NCBI GenBank assembly: GCA_051047955.1
Contig: JBPGPT010000031.1
Coordinates: forward strand, 124,001 to 187,468
From: Cystobasidiomycetes sp. EMM_F5
Lineage: Eukaryota
Length of the DNA stretch: 63,468 nt
Reading direction: 5' to 3'
Of the stretch, positions 1-13,400 are shown piece by piece; position 1 is the stretch's first letter; every line of letters starts with the position of its first letter. Below the pieces are notes generated by a model. The model was not told the DNA's origin. It saw only the letters and a program-made list of their open reading frames with translations, and ran no database searches. Position numbers and translations under genes: made by a program.

Positions 1-25
1 TCAACGTCGTCGACTGGACGCGACA

Positions 26-835
26 ATGTCTCCACCATCATCCGTCAAAACACCCCCGACGACATCCAAGCTCAGCTCGCAAGATGAATTGGGAATGAAG
101 CTGGCTATCAAGGAAGCGCAAGAAGGGCTAGAGCAGGGCGGAGTGCCCATCGGAGCGTGCCTCATCCAGAACAGTACGCAAAAAGTGCTGGGGACGGGTA
201 GAAATCTACGGTGTCAAGAGGACAGCCCGATTTTGCACGGAGAGACGTCGTGCTTGAGAAATATTGGTACATAGCCTCCTATCGATGAAGATGGGCAGTT
301 TGTTGACTCTACGTCTCCACTGTTGTAACATACCCCCAGGCCGCCTCCCAGCGAAGGTGTACAAAGACTGCACGTATGCCACAGGACTGTTTACATACGC
401 ATCATATGGCTCGCTGACTAGTTTGCCGGCTAGAATGTACACCACCCTGTCTCCGTGTACAATGGTGAGCGCATCAGGTAGGCATAGTCCCGAATCCGCT
501 AAAACCGCTTCCGCAGTGCACTGGAAGCGTGTTACTGTTCGGAATTCCCAGAGTGGTTATTGGAGGTCGGCTTCCATCGCTTTGCTGCATCAGCAATCGC
601 TGATCCAGCGCCATTTGATGCACCAGAAAACGATACATTCGTTGGCGGAGAAGACTGGCTGGTAGCTAAGGGTGTGGAGGTTGTCAACGTCGGCGAGTCA
701 TTGGATCTGTATAAGCGAAAAACGGCAACCAGCTAACGTCCTGGATTCGCAGACTCTGCCCAGTGCAAAGACCTCATGCGGCAGTTTATCGAAAAGTACC
801 CGGAAGTGTGGAATGAGGATATTGGAGAAGAGTAG
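26..835 (+). CDS. FCY1: Cytosine deaminase (multi-exon)
   Basis: Exon 1 encodes EGLEQGGVPIGACL...PILHGETSCL (HxE motif). Later exons give MYTTLSPCTM/CTG (PCxxC) and the C-terminus WNEDIGEE, with TAG at 833-835, matching yeast Fcy1. Last intron 693-752 has a GC donor. Confidence 0.93.
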
Positions 836-1081
836 GGTGTGCATCAGTAATCTTGCGGAAATGTAGGGATACCTGCTGCAGTTCGAGCAGCATCCAAGTC
901 AGCAGGGGAATAGCCCAATCGGAAACGCAGCAAAGAGAAGAGCATCCAAAAAGAGAAGGTCGTGACTGTGACTGAATTGCATGTGCTGTGTGCTCGCATT
1001 GTATCTTATTGCTACACAATGCCTCTGCGGAAACATGTTTTAGTGGCGGATGTATGCCTGTGCGATCTTCCTGCGTTAATT

Positions 1082-1522
1082 CTAACTTGTCTTCTCGCCC
1101 GTCGTTATAACATGGTCCTCTGAATTCATCTTGCCTAGCCCGCCTGACCGCTGAGCAGGTGTGCCCGCTTTGGCCTGTAAATTACGACAATGTCAGTCAT
1201 TCAACAGCGTATCAATATCAGCCAAGCGAGAAGGAATATGCCCCACCATTGCCTTTCCGATACTGTCTGGTCTGCCCGTCTTGCTGTAGTTGAAGAGCAT
1301 GATACCCCCTACGACGGCACCGATGGCTGCGACGACTGGCAGCGCGCCCGATGATTTTGTCGTAGCTCCCTGGTTCGAGCTGGGACTTGTAGCGTATCGC
1401 TTCCTGAGTGAGATTAACGCAGAATATCAGCCAGCTTGTCTGTATTGTCGAATATATATTATTCACTGCACGGCGATCTTGGTGACCCGGCTGGCCGTTC
1501 TCGCTCGGATTAATGACTGCAT
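1082..1522 (-). CDS. Small (101 aa) predicted mitochondrial single-pass membrane protein, unknown function
   Basis: Three exons (1522-1467, 1403-1247, 1174-1082) joined by GT-AG introns with CTGAY branch sites give MQSLIRARTASRVTKIAVQKRYATS...LPVVAAIGAVVGGIMLFNYS...EKTS*. Arg-rich, acid-free N-terminus plus one hydrophobic segment. Confidence 0.65.
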
Positions 1523-1787
1523 GGTTGTGACTGAGGCCGGCGTGGTATGTGCTGGTGCAGGTGTCTGGGTCAGTAAATGCGAAATGAAACAAGTAAAAGC
1601 AAAAGACTTGAAGGATTGCAAGTCTTTCTATTAGACATCGTCATCGATCGATGTGGATAGCGATTTCAAGAAACATTATATACAACACTGAGCGGGGCTG
1701 CCCTTGTACACTGATACACTCAGCAACGGCTACCGGATCCATCCACCCAGCGAAGCGAGCCACGCGATCCGCACTCTCTTTACCCCG

Positions 1788-3610
1788 CTACGACCATGTC
1801 ATCTCCCTCGACTTTTTCGCTTGAAAGTACTTTTGAAGCTTGTCGGGCATATCAGCAATACACTCGCCCACTTTGACTTTATCCCCACGTCGAACAGTAA
1901 AGATCATATTTTCAGGCGCCTCGAAGAGCAAGACGATCGTACTGCCCAGCGCAAACACCCCGACTTCTTCGCCAGCTCGTAGTGGCTTTCCCTGTAGCAT
2001 GGCTGATGATTTGGCGTAAGTCGCTTCGGCGTACTCGCCAGCTGATGATGGACGAGTGGGAGAGTTTGTCCGCAAGTCGGCATCGAAATTGATACGGATC
2101 GACCCGACGTTTGTCGCACCGACTTTTGGAATGACACATGACAGTCAGTATCGATACGCTGCATTGAAGAACAACGAATTGACTCACCCGGTGTCATGGA
2201 GAAGAACCCATGTCGCCACCGACCAAGCAGAGCGACCCGCTCATTGAGGATAAACAAGTCTTTGAGCAGCTTGGACATGTACGGGGAGACTGAGAACAAT
2301 TCTCCGGCAAAGTGCCTTCTCCTTTCGACCACCCAATTTGTCGGGGAATGGAAGCGATGGTAGTCACCTGGAGCGAGGTAGATGACGCAAAAGTACATTG
2401 CGTTACCTTCCTTTGGAACTCCTCGGAATGTCCAGTGGGGAGACAGCGGATCAAACGTCTTTGCTGCTAGTGAGATTTGGTCAGAGAGCGAGTGCTGCTC
2501 TACTTCGCCTACGCTCGATGGCTTGGAATGATCTGCCGCTGTTGGAGGAACGGAAGCATCGTGTGGCGTTCCTGCGTGAGGTCTCACTACCTGTTTTCCG
2601 TGGTCTGAATCGTGCCCTTCTGGGTCTTTATTCGAATGAGGTTCGTTGCCGACCAGCTGGTCTACAGTGTAAGACAGGCCGTTGAGATTGGCAAATTCCT
2701 GCTCGTTCACGACGGCGTTGTCTGATTCAGTCTGACCAGGTCTTGTTGGAGCTTTGGCTTTGTTGGGGATGATGTGCGATTCATTGTTGTCTGCAGACTG
2801 TTGTGGACCGGATCCAGACAGGAACGAGTCGAGCGAGTATGTCACTCCTTTGACTTGCTGTATCCTGCGATTCTCGATGTATCCAAAATTGACGACTCGA
2901 CCATCTGCGGGGGAGACGAGAGCATAGTCGTCTACCGGTCTTGCCCCGTCTTTCAGTCTGCGCATGAAGAACTCTGACAGCGATCTGTACTGTTTCAGGT
3001 CTGTAATCTCTGCCTCTTCGAGGTTTACACCAAATATCCAGGCATAGAGCTTGAAGCCCGGTACGCGAAACCAGACTGGGAGGGTGTACTCGTTGAGTGA
3101 GCCGTAGATGCGCGACAGGGTGCGTAGGGGTAGTGCTCCGATGACGTGGACCTGCCAGGGCCCTTTGACTTGAGGTAGGTTCTCCTTTGACATGTCGTAT
3201 GTCCCGTCCTGCATGATGGCGTCTACTCGTCGTGGACTGCGCTTCTTCCATAGATCCAAAGCTACGAGCAGTATTGCCCCTCCGGCTATGGGTATCGGTG
3301 CCCATCGCACGGGGGTTTCTCTGAGGGCTTTCCTGAGGCGGGCTATATCAATACCGCGACAGAATCAAGGCATTGTCAGCATTGCGAGTATGCATTACAT
3401 ATGATATATTGCCCCACCAAAGAAGCCGGGACGGGGTGGAGGAACGGGCGAGGAGGAGGAAGAGGAGGAATATCTCTTGGACGGCGTGCAGTGACTATAT
3501 CTTGCTCCAACTCGCTGGATTACTCTTCCTCTTCCAGGATTGCCCATCTTTATGTTTGCCAATATCGCCCATTGTGACGATATCGGGCTCGTTTGAAAGC
3601 TGGCGGGCAT
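1788..3610 (-). CDS. PSD1: Mitochondrial phosphatidylserine decarboxylase proenzyme
   Basis: Motifs FFMRRLKDGARP, SPADG, YLAPGDYHRFHSP, NERV and the autocleavage motif FALGSTIVL. Presequence-like first exon at 3610-3411. Confidence 0.95.
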
Positions 3611-3787
3611 CTTAAACGTTGTTGTAAAATCCTGCAGACCAGCTGCGATGCTCGTCGTTGTTGGGTGTTAATTGGTCGAAGGCTGACCTTTTAATTGATT
3701 ACAACTTGATTACAAGACCCTCTCCCTCTCCCCAACTCGGCCAACATCAAAAACATTAACAACCCTGCCTCTGAACGCTGCCTCACC

Positions 3788-5729
3788 ATGTCTAGCGATG
3801 CCCCAAGCCAGCCATACGCTCTCGTTTTCGCGGCAAAGCAGCACAAGCAGCCGTTAATGTGCCCGGCCGTGGTGAGCGGGAGAGAGATAATGGCTGATAA
3901 TGGGGGTTAATGGGGGTTATTATGTGATGTGCTGACATTCTAATGCTCTACCGCAGCTCCGGCGAGAAGGGAGCTCAGTTCAAAACTACAGGGCTTCCGT
4001 ACAGGCCGGGCACAATCCATACCAGTATTCCACCGCAAATCATGGCCAGACCCGCACTTTTCACTCCCAGACTAACCCCTCCTTCTCGCTGACCATGCCC
4101 CAGCTATCCCCGTCGAATTCGACTCAAAACTCTCACTCTGCAACGTCTTCCCCCGCAGCGACACCAGGATCCCCTTCGATGGGCTCAATTGCAGGCAAAC
4201 CCCACCTCCTGCCCGCAAACAGCGAGTATTACAATCACAGCATATCGCTCGGGCAGCCGGGCAGTGCCAACTATACCCGCCGACCAACCGGAGAGCAGGG
4301 AAATGCGCAGATACCCAAGGGATATGCACTCCCCAAATCAGACTGGAGACCAGACGCAGCCGTCACTACGTGCGAAGCAGACGACTGCAGCGTCGCATTC
4401 GGACCCGCTAAATCAGAAGCAGCTTCCCTCTTTGGCGGTTTTACTGCCATCATATCGCAGCCGCTCGCAGCTAGACGTCACCACTGCAGAGCGTGCGGCA
4501 AGATATTCTGCTCGTCTCACTCAGCTCAATCCATGCCCCTACTCGCCCTAGACCGAGACACCTTTCTCGCTGCTATTGGGTCCGCGACTGGCGCACAGAC
4601 CCCCTTCATCTCCACATCCACATCTCGGTCATCTGCAGCCCATAGGAGCAGAAGTATGGCAGATGTGAATCGTGTATCATCATCTACACGACGTTCTGGG
4701 TCATCCACTCCAATGTCGACATCTCAGGAAATGGGCACAGGTGGCTACTTTGATGGCTTCTCTTCGCCCGCAGCGTCGCCTCCGTCAGCACCCACTAGGA
4801 AGCAGTCTCAGAATGGGCAAGTTGTAGTTGCTCGTGTGTGTGACTTGTGCGCACTGTCTCTTGCACTCGGAGCAAACCTCTCCAACCCGCTCGAATCCTT
4901 CCAGCAAGCTATGCAAGCTGAAGCGCAGCGGTCCGGCAGAGCCTCGTCACTTCCTCGTAACGCGGACTCGTCTAGAGCACAGTCTGTAAGGCTTGCTAAC
5001 AGAGGTTCAGTATCCCTTCAGACGAGCCCAGAGACTTCGCAGCATTTGTCACAGCCCCGCCGACTTTCACCTGTGGTTGCTAGCAGATCGAGCTCTACAC
5101 ATCGCAGTACACCCTCTACTTCTGCACCCTCCGATTCGACAGATACCAGCCCCTCCACGGGTTCATCTGGCAGATTCCGCCAGATTAGCGGAGAGAGCTC
5201 GGCTTCTGACTCGCAGGCAACGCTTGCGAGCATTGAGACTCAGCTCACATCCCCTCCGGCTAGCGCGCACGTCTCACCCAAGCAGACGATTGGTGATGCG
5301 AATGACACCAATCATCCAGAGCATCACATAGACCGTGCTCAAGATGCAGGTCAGCCCGACATTCAGGACACCTCGTCAGCTGGCATGACTCGCATTGCCT
5401 CAAACACATCTGTTAGCACTGTAGGGCCCGACAACAATGCCTCCAATATCACAACCACCCCAGCTCCCTACAAATCAGTCGGAAAGGACTACGCTCATAA
5501 GGATCGCGTATCAACCCTTTCTCGTGCACTCGCTAGAACCCAGGTGTCGCATCCTCTGGACCCACGTCATTCTCGGGTATCCGCCAAGAAAGAAGAGGCA
5601 GGTGGAAGTAACCCTGATTCGTCACTCGAGGCCGTTCTTCCCGGAACTAGCTATACCTGGTCTACGTAAGTCGCGGCGTGCATCGCGGAAAGATTACTTG
5701 ACTGAGATCATCGGCTTCACAGCTTCTGA
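3788..5729 (+). CDS. FYVE-finger protein, Pib2-like (C-terminal WSTF)
   Basis: WRPD...C...RRHHCRACGKIFCSSHS...RVCDLC FYVE signature with a long insert. Upstream exon 3788-3871 splices in frame. Last intron 5666-5722 yields the ending YTWSTF*. Confidence 0.75.
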
Positions 5730-6189
5730 ATGGTATCCTCCACTGAGCTTCAAGGTTCCAGGTTCCGGCCCTCGGTCACTATTACTTGCATTGACGATTA
5801 CGGTCGTAATTCAGTCTACGCCAATCCGCTACATGTGCAGCAGTAACAACGACGTGACGTCTTCGCAGTCGAGTAAGAATCTCAATCATCCGAAAGAAGC
5901 CGCATACCAAACAACGCTCCTTCTTGTCTACTTTCCTTCTTGGCCGTGCCATCTATTTATGCCAGCACCTCGCTTGGCTGTCAGCTGTAGCTCGTGTGTT
6001 TGCTTGGAGCAATGTAGCGTCTTTTATGTAGCATACTATTATTTCAAAGCAATATCATCGTGTCTCCAACGCATCTTGGTCGTCAAGTGCTCGTCGACAG
6101 ATCTGTGTCGTGGCTCAAGATTTGCATGCCGACCACTGAGACGATACAACACTGTCACTTGACTGCTTGTCTACGATCTGGGTGCCTTC

Positions 6190-7851
6190 TTATGGCGCTT
6201 GGATGCCGGGTGGCTTATACGGCTGCACCAGCATCTTGCTGAACCTGTTTGTCACATCGTATCAGTCATTGATCGGTTAGGCGGACTGAGGATATCAACC
6301 GAGACTCACTCTTTAATCTTGTCAGACCCTCTGACTTCTTCGGTCAATAATGGAATCTTGACGACATTGAAGTCCTCCACGTAGAGGTCGTTGATCTCGT
6401 TCAGGTACTTCTTTTGCATCGCCCACCGTACTCGACAATGATCACACGAAGAGCCTGGGAGGAGTACGTTGGAATCAGGTGACAGCGTTGACGATTCGAT
6501 GGCGTGCCTCACCCTTCTTTGGGAATAGTAGCTGGTTCACGACGATACTGTGTGTGTCGATACCGTAGCTCGCCAATTCTTGAATCAGCCTCTCGGTCTC
6601 GTACAGACTGAGGAATTCCCTGCATTCAATGAAGCATTGGCTGGTGTTAGCGTAGCGAAGTGAATGGACGCGACGAGCACGCACGATATGCAGACACAGA
6701 CAAAGGTTGTCTTTTCAGGATCCTTGAATTGCGTGTTTACTTCACTGATGATTTCTCGCATCCCTTCGAGCTTGCCAAACATTTCCTCCGTATTTGCCGG
6801 CATCCCCATCATTGACGACATCTGTCAGGGAGACATTATTGCACGGTCAGATTGTATAGTCATACGATTGGACACATGGCGAGACTGACCGACTGCATCA
6901 TCGGACCGAATTTACCGCTTAGTGTCGAGAGTTTTGCCAGGGCCTTCTCGAGAACGGATGGGAAGGATAGGAAGCGTAGTGTGTGCCCGGTGGGAGCGGT
7001 GTCGAAGACAATGACCGAGTACTCCATCGATTTTACGTGTCTGTAGTGAGGTGTTCATTCAGCAGTGGGAGAGCGGCATAATCTGGTTTCGTACTTCATT
7101 ATCTCAGCGAATCCCATCGCTTCATCCACACCCGGTATCGCGAATGCTAGATCCTGGAGCATGCCGCCCATTTGCCCTCCATCGGCTGTCCGCACCAGTA
7201 AGGAAAGTAGTCAGCGCGTGGAAATTGAGTCTAACAGAAGCTTCACTTGCAGTTGTCAATCATCTCTTGCATTGACCCGGATGGATCAATCTCCATTGCG
7301 TAGAGGTTGTCGTACCCATTGACCTTTGTCGCGTCCTTTCCAAACTTTTGGGAGAATGCATCGGATAGATTGTGTGCGGGGTCGGTGGAGCTGCGCGGAC
7401 ATGGAACGTAAGACACTGACTGACGAGTGTGACATATTCGATTAAGAAATTGACCTACATCAACAAGACTGAGTCGCGGTTGAATGCCAGCTGGGTTGCC
7501 AGTGAGCAGGCTGTGGTGGTTTTGCCTGAAGGAGATGCGGTGAAGCGGAGTCAGTGACTGAGTCCGAATGGATTGTGTGCACCAATCAGCGTATATCTCC
7601 CCACTCACCAACACCGCCCTTTCCGCCAACAAACACCCATTTGAGGCTGCGTCGATATTGAGCGTACGTACACCGTGAGTGGGACCATTCGAATCGCCAG
7701 GATGTGAGGAGTACGATGAGCGTGTCAGTATTGGAATATCTTGTATACTGCGACGCCCAGCCTGCCTTTTGTGGTCTATGATGTTCTGGAGGGATGCCTC
7801 GATTCCGTCTGCGGGATTGAGTACGGCGTAGTCTGAAGGCTGCTCCGCCAT
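6190..7851 (-). CDS. GET3: Get3/ArsA-family ATPase for tail-anchored protein targeting
   Basis: Spliced [68 protein letters not shown] and [11 protein letters not shown]. Ends PPGIQAP*. Confidence 0.96.
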
Positions 7852-7986
7852 TGCTTTCAGTGTCAGTATTAGTTAATAATCAGTGATTAGTATTCAGCTG
7901 CCCGGTTGGATTAAAAGCAACCTGTTTTCAATTAACAAACTGCAGGTTGGCTCTGGACGACGTGGAAGGCATGGGGAGATAAAAAC
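7852..7986. promoter_or_regulatory. Putative bidirectional promoter for GET3 and SRP68 (135 bp)
   Basis: Head-to-head start codons at 7851 (-) and 7987 (+) leave 135 bp of relatively AT-rich sequence. Confidence 0.6.
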
Positions 7987-10387
7987 ATGGCAATGAGCGA
8001 GGAGAGCAAGGCAAAGATGGCAACGACGACGACGAATAACTCTGATAACCCCGCTGCCAGCTTGGACGGCGAGCAAATCATTTAATTATCGTTTAAAATG
8101 AAGCTGATATTCTGTTAATCAACAGTCCTGAGGCTCGTTCAGGCGGCAAGGCAGACGTACGGGCTGCGAACAGGAGACTATGTTCGATATCATCGTCACT
8201 GTGTGCGGAGAATACGAGCACTCCATAAGTCCACAAAAACGACAAACAAGATATCAAACTCAAAGCAGTCGACGAGCAAGAAGAAGAAAGAGAGCAAGCC
8301 AGCCGCATTCTCGTCCACGTCCGGAAAGATAACGGCAGAGAGCGCAAAGAGTGATGCCCGTCTACTTGAACTGCTCCTCTGGGAAGCAGAACGAGCTTGG
8401 GCTGAAGGAATGAGGACCAGAGAAGACCTGGCAGTCTTGGAACGAGTTCAACAGCAAGCAAGCTCATCGCAGTCGTCTTCCGCACTCGCTGCTAAACGAC
8501 ATCGCTCGTCAAAACGCTTTGCAAGGGCAGTCCAGCATTCCCAGAAACTGCTCGAGATTGTACAACACCTCTTCCAATCTGCAGCCGCCATCTCTGCATC
8601 GACGTATCTCCAAGCGGAGATATACCACTCGTACATTGCCGGGACTCACGCATTCACGCTCGCCTCGTCTGCTAGTTCTGCCAAATCTACAAAGTCGGAA
8701 GGCGCATCACCCGCCCATACTGGCGCATCTCGACTGAGTACTGCGTATGTGCTTCTCGAAACTCTGGCAAGCGCAGCTCACCGAGCAAGCGATGAAGCCC
8801 TAGCTTTTGAATTTCTCGATGAACTCGAACCCATGATTCGGTACTGCGCCTACAAGGCAGATATCGGTCAGGATGGCTCATCACCCCGCACAGTGGCAGA
8901 CACTGCGCGACTCATCGGCACACCGCTTGTCGAGAAGTTGACTGGGACTGCAGACTCAGCCTTGGACAAAGCGATAGAGCAATACAAGCACGAGGAAAAG
9001 AGGGCGACCACCGGCAAAGCAGGCGGCTCGAAGGGGGCGTCCGGAGAAGCAATCAAAGAGATTAATTGGCGAGACCTGCACGTCCCTATCCGCTCGGCAG
9101 AACTCAGTGATGCCCTAGGCAAAGTCCAGTCGGCTTTGGCGAAATTGGCGACCGCCGTACAGCCCAGCAAGAGCAAAACCAGTGGAAAAGGGAAGAAGGC
9201 TGCCGCTACGCAAGTCAGCACACCCGATTCTGCCACAGAAAGTATTTCGGCAGCGAGCGCCAAGGCAATGCAAGCTTACGACAAGGCACTGGCGGCGTTG
9301 GGTGATGCAGAAGAGCGAGCGAGGAAATTGGTAGATGACAACGCTACTGCTCTTCTCAAAGCCCATTCTGCTCGATTCGAAGCCGCTTCGGCTCCTCTCG
9401 CAAAAGCGCATTCGTACATTGTCTTCCAGCTACTCACACTCCGTGTTGCACGCGATGAAGCATTGTTTGAGACAACTATCGCCCGTCTTCGAGCCAGAGA
9501 GGAGAAACAACTGGCAAACAGCAGGGCCGGACCGCTCCCTACTCTGGTCAAGAAAAGAAGAGCACGCACTTACCCGATGCTTATAAAGCTGCTCGACAGC
9601 GTATTGCAGAGTTTGGAACAATTGCGAGATTTGGATATCGTTGAACAGGACAGTATGGATCTGCCGAATCAGGTTGATACAAAGCTGGCTTACAACAAGG
9701 CGCGAAGGTGAGCAACAATGACAATGTATGATCGGAGTCGCATACACTCACACGACTGCGTGCTACAGATGCGCCTACCTTGGCAGCACGTATGGTCTGC
9801 TCGAGAAGTTCCCAGAAGCTTTGACTTTGCTACAGCGATCCCACCTATATATACGACAAGCACGATCCTCGCTATTCCCTACCGACACTGAAGGTCTAAC
9901 AGACACCGATCTCAGCACAATCACACTAACATTGGACGAATCAAGCTTGTCGAGATTGGAAACCCTTGTTCAAGCATTTGAGAAACGTGCAACTATCGAT
10001 TGGTTCTTACAGCAGCACACGGCTTCTCAGAAGGATTCGGCGGATATCAACCAGGACGTTGCTTCATTGAGCTTGGACAAGCCCAAGCCACGCAAGAAGG
10101 CGGGACCGACCTTGTTTGATGTAGCATACAACTACGTTGCTGGAATCGATCTGGACAGACTCGATCAAGCGGCGCAAGGTATCGCAGTACCAAGCAAGCG
10201 ATCACAAGAAGCACAGGCAACTATAGATATGCAAGTCGATGAAGATCCGGAACCTGCCAGCATTCCACAGACGGTAAATGCTGCAGTTGAGAAGGTGGCA
10301 GCTGCAATTGTGCCAGAAGTACCTGCGTCGCCGTCAAAGAACACAAGCGGAGGCGGTATCTGGGGCTTCTTTGGCAGAAAAAAGTAG
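7987..10387 (+). CDS. SRP68: Signal recognition particle subunit SRP68
   Basis: N-terminal LRLVQAARQTYGLRTGDYVRYHRHCVRRIR (SRP68 GLRxxDYxRY motif), LLLWEAERAWAEGM, LEPMIRYCAY, PTLFDVAYNYV, and C-terminal GGIWGFFGRKK. Intron 1 (8069-8125) is GC-AG. Confidence 0.9.
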
Positions 10388-10480
10388 GATTGAAGTGTCC
10401 ACAATCTACACAGCCCAGCTGTAAAAACAACGTACAGCTGCATTAATGACAAGTCTGACGAGCGGTTGGTCAGTTGCCGG

Positions 10481-13400
10481 TCAGGACACCAGTGTGCTGG
10501 TAGTGCTTTCGGTAGCTTTGCGATTCATGAGGTTCTTCAATACCAATTGCGCAAGCTTCTCTTTCGAGATTGCTGATCCCTTAGCCTTGAGCTTTTCGGA
10601 GTCGAGCTCAAAGCTGTCGCTACCAATCATGACTGCAATCTTGGTCAGCTCTTGATGCGCAGGTGTCCCAGGTGTAGTTGATATGGTCTCTGTAAATTGC
10701 GGCACCTCTTTGCCATTCTCTGCACAAAATACTGATAAATGCATTGGTCAAATGCTGTAATCACGTAATGCGTGACATCGTCGCTCACACGTTAGTCGTT
10801 CCGTCCATGTAACGGACCTAGTCGACGAGGACGAAGATCCTGAGGATAGCTGCGTAGCCCCGGTTGCAGCCGTCGAAGACGGAGGAGCCGAGGGTGGTGC
10901 CTTCCGCTGCGAGGTATCACCTGTAGTTGCAGTACCGCGCGTTCTCTCCGCAAGCCAGTAAGCTTTCAACTTGTCTTCTATGCCGTCTGCCAAGCTTGCT
11001 TCTGCAACGGCAGCCTTTGCATCCCGCTTACTGCGATGGACTGTATCCACTTTGTACAGCAGCGGCGGTTTTAGCGGTATAGTGAGTATGGCACCGTACT
11101 CTGAGCCACCCTCTTCCTTCAGCAATTCGTACGTCGGATGCATGTCCGGTTCGGTATTCCACAAGACTCGAAAGATCTGCTCAAGGAAGATGATAGATTC
11201 GGAAGAGGCAAGCTTAGGGGCTGCAGCAGTCTCTTTCCCTTTGCCCTTCTCCTGTGCAATAGGTGGTGCAGGCTTGGCAATTGCGGCGCGCTCGAAAGCA
11301 TCTTCAATGCCATCTTGGACAGCTCTGCTGCTGACTGCTTCCTCAGCGGCATCACGACTTGGGTATCGGTGCGAAACTATTGAAGTATGCAAGACCTCCC
11401 CTCCTTTGCGTAATTGCAGTAAACCGCCATATTGGCCAGTGCCAGGACTAGCACTGATGCGAAACTCGAGTAGACTCGGAATAGCGGGTCCAATTGACTG
11501 AGCCATTGCCAAAAGCGCTTCTTTGGCATTACCCTCGACCGCTTTGTGGATTGGACGAGAGGTTCTTGTTGGTGATGCGAGAGACAGTGGTCGGTAGTCT
11601 GCGTAATGTGCTGAAAGTCGTTGGCTTGGGTAACGCGTCTGAACAGTTGACTGGCTTGCTTCTGCTGGTAGATCGACGTCCATGTCAGAGGAAGGACGGT
11701 CCTCGGGTGCTTGTGGCGATGCAGACCGTGTGGACGGAGATGAATCTGTGCCCAGTTTATGGTGCTCTACTTGAGTGGAGATGAGCTTCGAAGCGTATGA
11801 TGATGGAACCGACAGCCTTGGGGATGCCTCAGCCATATTCGTCTGTGACGTGTCCGCAGCTCTATAATGCGCAGACGCATTATGGTGCTTTGATAAATCG
11901 TTGGAATTTTGGGCGTGCAATGCGACTGGGTGATCTGTCCGTTCTCTACCACTTTGCTCCGATGGCAGGGGCGTGCTCCACTTATTGAGGGAGGCTTTCA
12001 CTTCTTGAGCTTTTTGCACCACGCCTCCGCGGACCGCAAGCATCGCTGCTGCTTCTTTTGCTGCTTTCTTGGTAGAATACGATCTTTCTGTCTTGAACAC
12101 CTCCAGCGTATCTGGCGGAATCTGTACAGTTACAGTGCAGTCGAAGCGGGAGCCTAAGTCGGATGACCTTTAGTCCATACGTGTGAACGTCAAACTGAAG
12201 CAGGACACTAACCCATACTTCGACCCAGAGCGGATACCGGGCCTGTGTCTTGGAAATCATACGTTGCGGCGTTCGCATTCCCTGTAAAGGCTTGAAGACA
12301 ACTGTTCAAGTAGCCAACAGCACTGCAAGTGAGCATGTATCGTCAGCAAGTATCATGCAAGTCAACACGGAAGCTCGCTTACTTCTGTAAACGATGTGCG
12401 TCCGCCGGAAGTACAGTTCCTGGTTTGGGAACGATGATGGGCTGACTAGAAATGTTGTCGGATAAAGCACGGATAACGTTGTGTGATGCGTCCAGAATTC
12501 TCTTCTCGGCTTCCAATTCCCTCCTCAGACCGCTCTTGATGGCCAAACGACAAACAGCTTCCTTGGCTTCCTTCTTAGTCCGAAACGAAGGTTGCATCTC
12601 GTACACCTTCTGATTGTCCGGCTTGATGGCAACAGTCATGCACGCACCGTAAAGTTGGACTATCACAATTCATCAGGAGTGTATTGCAGGGCGGTTGATT
12701 TGCCACTCACTAGCCGATACTACCGCTTGGGTGTAATCGCATTGCATCGCTAAAGGGTTGCGCGTCACCTCCTGTACAAGGCGACCAAGGAAGCCAGCGC
12801 TGTTTTCCTCGTCAAGTGGGTCGTGGTCTTCGACGGAAGTCGGTATTGGAAGGCCCATCTGGAGGCATATCTTTGTAGTCATTGAGTTGTGCAGCTTGAG
12901 CAGAGCGATCACACCTTGTTGAAGGGCGAGCTGAGTAACAGACTCTTTTGCCTGCTTGTTTGACGTGAATGCAGCACTAGTCACATACGTTTCGTGGATC
13001 TCCGGAGTCACGCGGACAAGGAGGGTCGGGCGATATAAGCTGTAGTGCCCAGCATCTGCACATGAATTGCCTCAGTTGACTATCTGTTGCAACAGGTTTT
13101 GCGACCAACGAGATTGCTGAACATCCTCGCTGTACTTCACTGCTATATTTGGAGGTTCCACGCAGTACTTTTGTACTGCTAGATTCAAGGCCGATATTGG
13201 GTTTTCGACAGAGCTCATGACAGATCGCTCTTCTCGACTGAATTCTCCAGGTCCGTTGGCTGCGAGACTTGATGACGCTACAGGCTCGTGAGACGCTGAC
13301 TGGGAAGATGACCCGAAGCGGTCCATACTCAGCATACTGACGCGTGCCTGCTCCAGACAACCTTCATAAATTGCTTGTTGCGACGCGGCAGCTTTCGCTT

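Noticed and set aside
5437..6162. 241-aa ORF overlapping the end of the FYVE gene
   Set aside because: It is an alternative frame running through an intron and 3' UTR, with no recognisable domain.
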